Shown here piece by piece: positions 54,436 to 63,147 of a stretch of 64,000 nucleotides of DNA (its first letter is position 1; each line of letters opens with the position of its first letter). A program made the position numbers and the translations under genes. The notes under the pieces are model-generated. The model was not told where the DNA came from, ran no database searches, and worked only from the letters and a program-made list of their open reading frames with translations. Source of the stretch: an uncultured Melioribacter sp. (lineage in GTDB: Bacteria; Bacteroidota; Ignavibacteria; Ignavibacteriales; Melioribacteraceae); contig CAZHHG010000001.1 of NCBI GenBank assembly GCA_964532065.1, positions 35,811 to 99,810 on the forward strand, given 5' to 3'.

Positions 54436-55674
54436 ATGAAGAAGAATATTTTATTGCTGACAATATTATCTCTAATGATTTCCTCTGTTTCATTTTCACA
54501 ATCGGATTTTGAAAAGACACAGAATTTTAAAACGAAATACAAACAAATTGAAGAAGCAATTAAAAACGCTTCTACACTCGATGAATGCAACACTATCTCA
54601 TCAGATATAGCAAAAATGAAAGAGGAATTTTTAGCGGATAAACCTCTTCTAGATAAGAGCCTCTACCCAGATAATTTTGAAACATCTTTTGCAAAAATTG
54701 AGAAGGCGCTTGAGATAAGGAAGGGGGATTTTACCCAGATAGTTGAACTTACAAGCGAAGTCGGAACACTTAAGACACAGGTTACAGAGCTGAGCGAGAA
54801 GAACCAGAATCTGATCGGTCAGATCCGCCAGCTGAATCTGCGCGTGGAAAAGGACGCCGCTACAATTGCATCGCTTCAGAAACTTGTTGCGCAGTTGAAG
54901 AGTAATATTCAGCAGAGAGATTTGCTGGTGAGGGATATTGTTGATAGTCTCCTGGCGGAATTTGTGAACGCTCCTTCATCGCTAAATGAGGCCGAGAAAC
55001 AATCGATTATTTCTAAAGTCGACAGCCGTAATCTCTTTTACAATATAGAGAGGACTATCAGCGACAACATTCAATTCATGCGTGTAACCCAGCTTAATCC
55101 GGAAGATCTTGCCGGAATGAAGAATCAGTACCGCGATTTCAACAAAGTCTGGAAACAGATCGGTCCGCGGCTTGCCGATGTTTATCTCGATAAAAGAGAG
55201 AAAGCCGTTGAGATCGGAAACATCGACGGAATGTTCAACGACTGGAATCAGAAAATTAACGAGGAGATGTGGGGCCGCTTGAATAAACTATTCCGTGAAA
55301 AACAGATCCCGATGCTTCCTTTCAGCAGCGGCGATCAATTTACAAACAGTGCCGTCTCGTTTATTGATGATGAAATTAAAAATCTCGGCGTTAAGAGTTC
55401 CGACGAGTCCGAGCGTAATTTTTACACATTCACAGACAGCGTCTACTTTCCGCAGATTGAGCCGGTATGGATACCGATACTTATCGAAAACAATATGATG
55501 ACTGAAGCCAATAAAGATACGATTGACGCGCGGATTGCGGTCTGGAAAGAAAAAGTAGCGCCGGCATCAGCATTCAACTGGATTTATGTCGCACTGATTG
55601 CGGTAATTGTATTTCTCACAATCGCCTATTTTCTCAAAGGAAGAAAAAGAAGTATTCCACCGCAGAACGAATAA
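54436..55674 (+). CDS. Hypothetical secreted coiled-coil protein with C-terminal TM anchor
   Basis: 412 aa. It starts 3 nt after the lipoprotein stop. It has a signal peptide, a long heptad-like segment (aa ~100-165), and a terminal TM (WIYVALIAVIVFLTIAYFL) followed by KGRKRS. Confidence 0.6.
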   Translation: MKKNILLLTILSLMISSVSFSQSDFEKTQNFKTKYKQIEEAIKNASTLDECNTISSDIAKMKEEFLADKPLLDKSLYPDNFETSFAKIEKALEIRKGDFTQIVELTSEVGTLKTQVTELSEKNQNLIGQIRQLNLRVEKDAATIASLQKLVAQLKSNIQQRDLLVRDIVDSLLAEFVNAPSSLNEAEKQSIISKVDSRNLFYNIERTISDNIQFMRVTQLNPEDLAGMKNQYRDFNKVWKQIGPRLADVYLDKREKAVEIGNIDGMFNDWNQKINEEMWGRLNKLFREKQIPMLPFSSGDQFTNSAVSFIDDEIKNLGVKSSDESERNFYTFTDSVYFPQIEPVWIPILIENNMMTEANKDTIDARIAVWKEKVAPASAFNWIYVALIAVIVFLTIAYFLKGRKRSIPPQNE

Positions 55675-55697
55675 AAATATTTAATAAAATCATTGAG

Positions 55698-55724
55698 AAT
55701 GCCGGCCTGTCCGGCATTTTTTTT
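55698..55724 (+). terminator. Rho-independent terminator
   Basis: AATGCCGG-CCTGT-CCGGCATT followed by TTTTTT, 24 nt after the stop at 55674. Confidence 0.85.
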
Positions 55725-56008
55725 ACTATATCTTCTGTCACAAGCACTGAATAATAGGTTGACTTTGGCCGCGTCATACTTTAAGTTGCTCTCGGATGTT
55801 GTATTAGCTAACGAAACTTCATACTGTTCCCTTGAACCGTAATGAAAGAAAACAAATGCAGCTTAATTGAATTCCAAGAACAACCCTATCATAATCTTAA
55901 AGACTTATTTCAAACCAATAAGCCCTTATTAAATTATCTTAATAGATCAGGTCAGACTATTCTTTCCATATATAATTCCAAGACATGATTATGTCTTAAG
56001 GAGGGCGC

Positions 56009-59000
56009 ATGAAAATCAAATTTACATCAGTCTTATTAATTCTATTATTCTTCACTCAGATTCGTCTTGTTGCACAATCCGACAAAAGAGAGATGAAGGA
56101 GAATAAAGCAGTTTCAGAAATTGAGATGAATTTTCCCCTGCCCGGTCCTTTTCAGGCAGCAAAGGAAACCAACGCTAATTTCGCTACAACGGTTTATACT
56201 TTCGGTGATATCACAGTCTTCTCCTATTTCGACAACACATCAATAACAGTTTATGACGCAAACGGAACGCAGAAAGGGACACAGACACTAAACACCGATA
56301 AGTATCACACATTTAATTACGGAATCGGCGTTTTCAGAATTGTGGGAAATAAAACTTATACCGTTCTGGTCGGTGACGCAATTTCTTCAACAGTAAATGG
56401 TTTCTTTGCGGTTGATGAAGCCGGCAGAGCCGTTTCAACAAAACTGAATACCTGGATGTCGCGACAATCTAGTTTAAGCGGAGATGATTTTATTGTCTTT
56501 GCTTATGAAAACGGGACCGGGTTTACCGTAAGAAATCTAACAACCGGTAATATAATTGCGGCAGGGTCATTAAATGCCGGGGAACATTATTCTTTTAAAA
56601 ACGGAGTTGGCGTTCCCTGGAACACACCTCTTCAGGTAACAGGTACAAAACCCGTTTCCGCACTCTCGTATGAGGATCAGGATTATTATGTTCCATCAAG
56701 CAACGGCTCTTTTGTTGGAACCACCTTCTATGGTTATTCGGCTTATAACGGAAGCTGGACAAACAGTATTACCGTGACATCGTATTCAGATAATAATACG
56801 ATTACTGTTAGAAACTCAGGCACCGGACAGGTAATTGGGACAACAACATTACAAACCGGACAGGTCTATTCATCCGGAGTTACAACTCCCACATACTGGT
56901 CTGTTACTTCAACCGGTCCTGTCTCCGCCGCAAATATTCCTTTCTTTGGCTGGACGGGTAGTTATAGTTATATGACAAGAGCAATTGACCAGACGGGTAG
57001 AGGATTTGGTACATTATTTTATGTCCCCACAATTGCAAGTAATATCCATGTCTTTTCTTTTGAAAACGGAAACAATATATCTATCACGAGATTGGGTCAG
57101 TACAATCAATTCCCGTACACCAGCACAATGCCGGTCTATACAGGAACTTTAAACGAAGGCCAGCATTATAATTTCACTTCGACTTCGGGTAATTATGTTT
57201 ATAAGATTGAAGGCTCAAAAAATATTTCTGTTCTGCAAAGTAATAGCTCCGCAGGAGCGGATTTTATGCCCCTCGCATATTCTCTTGATTACCCTGATCT
57301 TGCAATTTCAACAAGCGACATTGCCTACAGCAAAGCGGATTCCGATATTCAGGTGGGCGATCTTATAACGGTAACAGTAACGGTTCATAATTACGGAAAC
57401 GTTGCGGCTTCCAATGTACTATGTTACGCATACGAAGGTGATCCTGACGCCGGCGGTAACGCACCGCTTATAGGAAGCGGAACGATTTCAAGCATTCCAG
57501 TCGGAGGCACAGGAACATTTACATTCCAGTACAGGGTTCCTACAAGTCCCGAGTACCGGTTCCTGGTGGTTAAAGTCGATCCGACAAATCAAATTACTGA
57601 ATCAAACGAATCGAACAATAAAGCAACCCGAAGCATCAAGCCGAACGGAGATCTTCTGCCTCCTCTCGCCGTAACTGTTACTGCACCGTCGAGCTTATCA
57701 CTAACCGGAGGAGTTCTTACACCAAATCCATTCACTGTTAAATTCGATATCTTCAACACAGGAACAGTAAACGCGGCCAACTGTACAGTAACGCTTGAAC
57801 TATTCAACGGACTTACACTCGCTTCGGGCACACTTGTTAGAAACCTGGGAGACATCGCTGGTAACGCAACAAAATCTGTTGAGTATTCTATTAATGCAAA
57901 TCCGGCCACATCCGGATTTAATCTCTACAGAGCAACTATAAGAGCAACCTCGCTTACAGATAAAGTTGTAAGCAGGAGCGTAAATATTCCGGACGGAACT
58001 CCGCCTGCAGCGCCGACAAATCTGGCCGGTCAGGTTACAGGCAACGGAGCCGGATCGTTCACATGGAACGCAAACGGTGAGGCAGATCTCGCCGGTTACT
58101 ATCTCTATTACGGAACAAACGGCACAAACTGGAACGGCACAGGCGCCGCTCAGGGTAATTCGCCGATACTGGTTATCGGTCAGACAAACTTAAATATTAG
58201 CGGTCTTCCGTCAGGACTCCATTATTTCATGCTGAAAGCTTTTGATACATCCAATAATCTAAGTGCGGGAAGTAATATCGTACAACTAACATTTTCCGGT
58301 CAGACTACTGTCCAGCAGATCTTTTACGGAAATACTCCATATACCGTAACCGTATCAACCGATCAGGGCGGATGGGGTTTTGTAGCCGGGACAAACAGCT
58401 ACGGAGACCTTGGCAAATATCAGCGTTTCGATATTTCTCAAAACGCTAAATTGACCGGTACGTATATTTACTTTGCAGGCAAAACAATCACGGGCAGTGC
58501 GGACAACTTTAATGTAGTTGTAAAACAGCGCGACGCTGCAACGGGAGCTCCCGGATCTACACTTTACACCCAATCCTACAGTACCAATATAATTGACATT
58601 ACAACACCCGGTACATCACGGAATTACTTCCCGATTACTCCGAATCAGAATCTCACATCCCCGTTCTTTATTGGGATTGAGTGGGCTTCCGGAATTGACG
58701 ACCGTTTTGGAATAATTATGGATGCCAGTACAGAAGGTGAAGGCGCAAAACGTGCATGGGAGAAATGGGATACCGGCGCTTACCATGCTATGGCTGACGC
58801 ATGGAATACAATGGATCGGGACTTATGGATCGCTGCGGAAGTTGAAGTCTCAAGCGGAATTGAAGACGGCAACAATGCAATCCCGACAGGATTTGCTCTC
58901 AACCAGAACTATCCCAATCCGTTCAACCCGACTACCGTTATCAGCTATCAACTACCGACTTCCGCGTTTGTAAGGTTGACGGTCTATGACATTCTCGGTA

Positions 59001-59149
59001 ATGAAGTCGCTGCGCTGGTAGGTAAAGAACAGCATGCGGGATATTACAGCGTGACATTCAACGCTAAAAATCTAACAAGCGGAATCTATTTCTACAGGCT
59101 GGAAGCAGGATCATTCAGCGAAGCAAAGAAACTGCTGCTGGTTAAATAA
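56009..59149 (+). CDS. 1046-aa T9SS-secreted multidomain protein (four N-terminal internal repeats, CARDB-like domains, FN3, C-terminal Por sorting domain)
   Basis: AAGGAGG precedes the ATG, and there is a signal peptide. CARDB-like segments are DLAIS.SDI......VGDLITVTVTVHNYGN....V........NESNN and a second copy. An FN3-like segment is PAAPTNL...FTWNANGEADLAGYYLYYG. The C-terminus NYPNPFNPTTVISYQLPTSAFVRLTVYDILGNEV...GIYFYRLEAGSFSEAKKLLLVK is the TIGR04183-type T9SS domain. Confidence 0.88.
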   Translation: MKIKFTSVLLILLFFTQIRLVAQSDKREMKENKAVSEIEMNFPLPGPFQAAKETNANFATTVYTFGDITVFSYFDNTSITVYDANGTQKGTQTLNTDKYHTFNYGIGVFRIVGNKTYTVLVGDAISSTVNGFFAVDEAGRAVSTKLNTWMSRQSSLSGDDFIVFAYENGTGFTVRNLTTGNIIAAGSLNAGEHYSFKNGVGVPWNTPLQVTGTKPVSALSYEDQDYYVPSSNGSFVGTTFYGYSAYNGSWTNSITVTSYSDNNTITVRNSGTGQVIGTTTLQTGQVYSSGVTTPTYWSVTSTGPVSAANIPFFGWTGSYSYMTRAIDQTGRGFGTLFYVPTIASNIHVFSFENGNNISITRLGQYNQFPYTSTMPVYTGTLNEGQHYNFTSTSGNYVYKIEGSKNISVLQSNSSAGADFMPLAYSLDYPDLAISTSDIAYSKADSDIQVGDLITVTVTVHNYGNVAASNVLCYAYEGDPDAGGNAPLIGSGTISSIPVGGTGTFTFQYRVPTSPEYRFLVVKVDPTNQITESNESNNKATRSIKPNGDLLPPLAVTVTAPSSLSLTGGVLTPNPFTVKFDIFNTGTVNAANCTVTLELFNGLTLASGTLVRNLGDIAGNATKSVEYSINANPATSGFNLYRATIRATSLTDKVVSRSVNIPDGTPPAAPTNLAGQVTGNGAGSFTWNANGEADLAGYYLYYGTNGTNWNGTGAAQGNSPILVIGQTNLNISGLPSGLHYFMLKAFDTSNNLSAGSNIVQLTFSGQTTVQQIFYGNTPYTVTVSTDQGGWGFVAGTNSYGDLGKYQRFDISQNAKLTGTYIYFAGKTITGSADNFNVVVKQRDAATGAPGSTLYTQSYSTNIIDITTPGTSRNYFPITPNQNLTSPFFIGIEWASGIDDRFGIIMDASTEGEGAKRAWEKWDTGAYHAMADAWNTMDRDLWIAAEVEVSSGIEDGNNAIPTGFALNQNYPNPFNPTTVISYQLPTSAFVRLTVYDILGNEVAALVGKEQHAGYYSVTFNAKNLTSGIYFYRLEAGSFSEAKKLLLVK

Positions 59150-59172
59150 ATTTAATCTGATTACTTATAATA

Positions 59173-59198
59173 AGCCCCGGATATACCGGGGCTTTTTT
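59173..59198 (+). terminator. Rho-independent terminator
   Basis: AGCCCCGG-ATATA-CCGGGGCT followed by TTTTTT, 24 nt after the stop at 59149. Confidence 0.85.
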
Positions 59199-59278
59199 AT
59201 ACACTGTTTTAATTAGCCATTTTCACTTCAACTCGATAATTTTACCGGTAACTTTTCCAATAACTATGGAATGAAAAA

Positions 59279-60427
59279 ATGAAACTCGCCGGACTGTTTA
59301 AATTAAGTTTTATAGTGACGATCACCGCTCTCATATTTTTTGATTACACAATTGCAGCAGGTCAGACTCAAACGCCATCTAAACCGAAAACCAATATTGA
59401 AGATGCTCTTAAGTATCCGCGCACCGCCGCTTCTATGCCGGGTCTCTATCCGGGCAAAGTGGCGCAGGTTGATCACGCTGCCTGCACGGCAGACGGGAAA
59501 ATAATTTATCAGGCGGCATACGATATGGTTGCCAGGGGAATGCTCTCTTTAACAGGTGAAAATAATTTAAAAAGCGCGTGGCTTAAATTTATTTCGCCCA
59601 GAGACAGAATTGGTTTGAAAGTTAATCCTGTTGCCGGGCCTCAGCTATCAACAAGTGTTGAAGTAACACAGGCTGTCGTAAAACAGCTTGAAGATGCCGG
59701 GGTGCCAAGAAGCAACATTATTATTTGGGACCGGAGGGAAGAGCAGTTATTCGAAGCCGGATTCAATAATGAAAATTTTCCGGGGATTAAAATCATCGGA
59801 ACCGAGCGGCCTGAAAACGGCTCGATGTACGATGAGAACGGAAAACTCCACAGTCTGAAAATGATTGATACTACGTGGTACTACTGGGCTGATTATGAAG
59901 AGAAATATGATTCCGCTACAATTCCATACATGGTAAACGAAGGAAAATTTTCCTACTTCACAAAAATCGTTACCGAAATGGTGGATAAGATCATCAACAT
60001 CCCTATTCTAAAGAACGCGGGCGCCTCTGTTACTCTCTGTCTTAAGAACCTCGCTTACGGATCTGTTACAAATACGGGCCGTCTCCATAAATATCTCTGG
60101 GCTGAGACTACTGCAGAAGTAAATGCATTCCCTCCTCTCCGGGATAAAGTGGTTCTGAATATAGCCGACGGAATTAAGGGCTGCTTCAACGGCGGGCCCG
60201 GCGCTAATCCGCAATTTTTCTGTGAATACAAAACTGTACTTATCGGAACCGATCCGGTCGCTGTTGACCGGGTTGGATATGATATTGTTATAAAAGAGAG
60301 AATTAAAAGGGGCGTTCAGAAAGAGGATAATCCGCGCGGAAGAATTTTTTTGGAGCTTTCTCAGAATCTGAATCTTGGAATTGCGGATCTTGAAAAAATT
60401 ACATGGTCTAAAATAGAATTGAAATAA
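59279..60427 (+). CDS. DUF362-domain protein with N-terminal signal/anchor
   Basis: 382 aa. The core strings IGLKVNPVAG, IINIPILKNAGASVTLCLKNLAYGS and GTDPVAVDRVG match my memory of the DUF362 (COG2006) pattern. There is no ferredoxin Cys cluster. Confidence 0.7.
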   Translation: MKLAGLFKLSFIVTITALIFFDYTIAAGQTQTPSKPKTNIEDALKYPRTAASMPGLYPGKVAQVDHAACTADGKIIYQAAYDMVARGMLSLTGENNLKSAWLKFISPRDRIGLKVNPVAGPQLSTSVEVTQAVVKQLEDAGVPRSNIIIWDRREEQLFEAGFNNENFPGIKIIGTERPENGSMYDENGKLHSLKMIDTTWYYWADYEEKYDSATIPYMVNEGKFSYFTKIVTEMVDKIINIPILKNAGASVTLCLKNLAYGSVTNTGRLHKYLWAETTAEVNAFPPLRDKVVLNIADGIKGCFNGGPGANPQFFCEYKTVLIGTDPVAVDRVGYDIVIKERIKRGVQKEDNPRGRIFLELSQNLNLGIADLEKITWSKIELK

Positions 60428-60462
60428 TCCGTTATCAGTATTGAATCTTAACATTAGCGATG

Positions 60463-60487
60463 ACCGGTGACGATATGCGTCGCCGGT
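60463..60487 (+). terminator. Candidate terminator/attenuating hairpin
   Basis: ACCGGTGACG-ATATG-CGTCGCCGGT (one G-U pair), 36 nt after the stop at 60427. Only a weak T-run follows. Confidence 0.35.
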
Positions 60488-60514
60488 ATTCTATAATAAA
60501 CGGAAGTATCATAT

Positions 60515-61378
60515 ATGAAAAAAATAGTTGTTGCTTACTTTATTCTTACTTTAAGCATGTTTGGGCAATCAAACGATAATTTTCCGAAACTTACCGGCCC
60601 GGAAATTCCGGGTTCAAAAATTACAAGGGAACAGAATTTTGACGGTAGCGGACTCTGGGGATATATTAACGGCGGAGCCGATATATTTCTTGAGTACGGA
60701 TTTGAAAATTTACTTCTGCAGGAAATTGATATTTCCAATCATAGATTTAAAATTGAATTCTACCGGATGAATAGTCCCGAATCGGCTTTCGGAATCTATT
60801 CTGCATCTCATTACAGGTGCGACCGGCGATCGAACAAACTACAATTCAATTGCATCACAGATTACCAGATTCAGTTTGCAACGGGGAATTATTATATATC
60901 AATAATTAATATGAACGGAAGCGCTGAAGAACAAAAAATTTCCGGGAATATTTTCGAAATAATAATTTCAAAAATTGACGCGCCCGAATTTGTTTTTCCG
61001 CAATTTTTTGAAAACTCTAATCTTCTCCCGGTCATGGAATTTTTAAAACATTTTAAAGGGATACTCGGAATTCAAAACGGTGTTCCCGAGTGGTACGATT
61101 ACTTTGAGAAATATGACGGATACGGAATTTATCTCTTACCGGTAGAAGCAGGGGCGGTTATTGTGAATATAGCGCTGGTAAAATTTAAAAGAGAGAATGA
61201 TGCGGATGATTTTATAAAAGGATTAAAGGGAAATGTTGAAACTGCCGGCGGATATAAGAAAATATCGGACGGGAAAAATTCAAGAATTGTAAAACGTGTA
61301 AACGAAACCGAACTGATCTTTATGGAAGGGAATCTCGGTATGGAGGAAATGGAAAAACTCGCTTTAAAAATTCTTTAA
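60515..61378 (+). CDS. Hypothetical secreted protein (possibly DUF6599-like)
   Basis: 287 aa with a signal peptide. The motif LWGYINGGADIFLEYGFENL resembles a family I recall as DUF6599; this is a low-certainty family call. Confidence 0.55.
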   Translation: MKKIVVAYFILTLSMFGQSNDNFPKLTGPEIPGSKITREQNFDGSGLWGYINGGADIFLEYGFENLLLQEIDISNHRFKIEFYRMNSPESAFGIYSASHYRCDRRSNKLQFNCITDYQIQFATGNYYISIINMNGSAEEQKISGNIFEIIISKIDAPEFVFPQFFENSNLLPVMEFLKHFKGILGIQNGVPEWYDYFEKYDGYGIYLLPVEAGAVIVNIALVKFKRENDADDFIKGLKGNVETAGGYKKISDGKNSRIVKRVNETELIFMEGNLGMEEMEKLALKIL

Positions 61379-61392
61379 TTATATTTTCAAAA

Positions 61393-62037
61393 TTAAGAAC
61401 CGATACTGAAGACACCCATTTTTTTAAAATAGCCGACGTAGAATTTTTTTCCTTTCTGTAAATCGACATACTCGGATTTTAATTCGGTAAATCCTGTCTG
61501 TGCGGCAATATCAACAAATCTGTTAACTTCAACAAGCTTAAGCAGGTTACTAAGCAGCTTTAGTGATTCAAAGGGGGTGTCCGAAACAGGAGCAGAATGC
61601 TCGCTCGGAAGCTGAAGCACTACACTCATAATACCGCCCCAATTAAGCCAACGGTAAATATCCGCTACAAGTTTATCGACATCCACATACTCAAAAACAA
61701 GCGCCGCATGAACCAGATCAAAAGAACTTTTTCTGAAATCAATTGAATTGAGGTTGGCACACAATAGATTAAGATTCGGCAGATCCTCTGCGAACCACGC
61801 ACGGCACTCGGATAGATACCTGTAATTAATATCGATACCTAGAATGAGTTCGAGTTCTCTCCCGATCAGATGTTCAAAACCGTTTCCGGTAGTTGAACCC
61901 GGGATACAGACAGAGCGGGGATTAAATTGATCAACTGCTCTCCTGAATATCTCGTTAAGAACCGGAAGCTGTTGAACATCGGGCGCGGACATGTGAGCTT
62001 CATAATCGGACGACGGTATTTGGAGCCAGGGATTCAT
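61393..62037 (-). CDS. Class I SAM-dependent methyltransferase
   Basis: 214 aa. It has a degenerate motif I (VCIPGSTTGNG), an acidic loop (LGIDIN) and post-I/II spacing typical of Methyltransf_11/25-type enzymes. It starts 19 nt after the upstream stop. Confidence 0.75.
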   Translation of the reverse strand: MNPWLQIPSSDYEAHMSAPDVQQLPVLNEIFRRAVDQFNPRSVCIPGSTTGNGFEHLIGRELELILGIDINYRYLSECRAWFAEDLPNLNLLCANLNSIDFRKSSFDLVHAALVFEYVDVDKLVADIYRWLNWGGIMSVVLQLPSEHSAPVSDTPFESLKLLSNLLKLVEVNRFVDIAAQTGFTELKSEYVDLQKGKKFYVGYFKKMGVFSIGS

Positions 62038-62056
62038 AAAGGCATAGTGACCTTAT

Positions 62057-63124
62057 TTAATTATTGATATAGAGTCCAAGCGAAAACCATCCGCACCAGT
62101 GCCGATAGGAGAAAGGCGCGGTTAATCCCATTCCCGAATCGCGGAACGGCAGAACTTTTTCTGTAAATGTATCCGAATATTTGAACAGCTCTCCTTCGAT
62201 CTCCTCTCCGGTTAAAGCAGTAACAATTTTTTTTACGGTCATCAGCCCAAAAACAACCGGATACCTTCCGCACCAGAGAGGAATAGTGTTCTCCCCTGTC
62301 TGATCCGGCCATAATTCTTTTGTGAGATTTAAAATTCCTTCACTTGTTATTTGAAAGGATAAATTTTCACTGATAATTCTTTTGTCGTTATCTGTTGCGG
62401 TTTTATGAGCAGATGCATCCATTCCGTATGGCGAATTATTGAAATCCTCTCCGTAATGATTCGCGTCGTTTGAGATAAGGAAGAAAATATCCTTTCCGAT
62501 TTCCAGACGGTTATCCTTAATATATCTGAGAATTATGCCGGATAATTTTTCACTTATAATCTCCATCCTATCATAAGGGATGCGGGGAATCATAACCGGT
62601 GTGATTTTTACGCTGCGGTTGTAGTATTGTAAAAAAGGAATCAGAGCTTCGATCGAATGCTCTAAATGATGAGCTTTGTTACTGACCATCACAAATTCTT
62701 TATCAAGCTCTGATTTAATGGCTTCTCGCAATGGTGATATTTTAACGCTGCCATAAGGACCGGTCCATTCATCGTACTCGTCTAAAATCAGAACATCCGA
62801 CGGATTGTTCAGCTCGTTCCGGACGGTTCCGTGCGTTACTCCGAAAACGACGACTTCTTTTGTTCTTATACGGCTGAAGAGAGGATAATAGACCTTGCCG
62901 GCGTAAAGATAATCATCATGTACCGAGATTCCGCCGATCAATTTTTTATCCGTGCTGTTATTAATTTTCAATTCACCGGACAGATAATTCATGAATGAGT
63001 TCATCTCCTCCGCGCTCCAGCAGAAACCTACATCATCCCTGACCGGACGGATCGACTGAGAATAGAGATAACCAAGTGAATTAAAGAATAAAATAAATAA
63101 TGCAGCGGACAGTTTAATTCTCAT
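62057..63124 (-). CDS. Memo-like (AmmeMemoRadiSam system protein B / MEMO1-family) protein carrying a signal peptide
   Basis: 355 aa with the N-terminal signal MRIKLSAALFILFFNSLGYLYSQ. Three Memo-type motifs are present in the right order: GGISVHDDYLYAGKVY...VVVFGVTHG, HLEHSIEALIPFLQYY and LISNDANHYG. Confidence 0.65.
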   Translation of the reverse strand: MRIKLSAALFILFFNSLGYLYSQSIRPVRDDVGFCWSAEEMNSFMNYLSGELKINNSTDKKLIGGISVHDDYLYAGKVYYPLFSRIRTKEVVVFGVTHGTVRNELNNPSDVLILDEYDEWTGPYGSVKISPLREAIKSELDKEFVMVSNKAHHLEHSIEALIPFLQYYNRSVKITPVMIPRIPYDRMEIISEKLSGIILRYIKDNRLEIGKDIFFLISNDANHYGEDFNNSPYGMDASAHKTATDNDKRIISENLSFQITSEGILNLTKELWPDQTGENTIPLWCGRYPVVFGLMTVKKIVTALTGEEIEGELFKYSDTFTEKVLPFRDSGMGLTAPFSYRHWCGWFSLGLYINN

Positions 63125-63147
63125 AACTTTTTAAGATCCTCAAAAAA

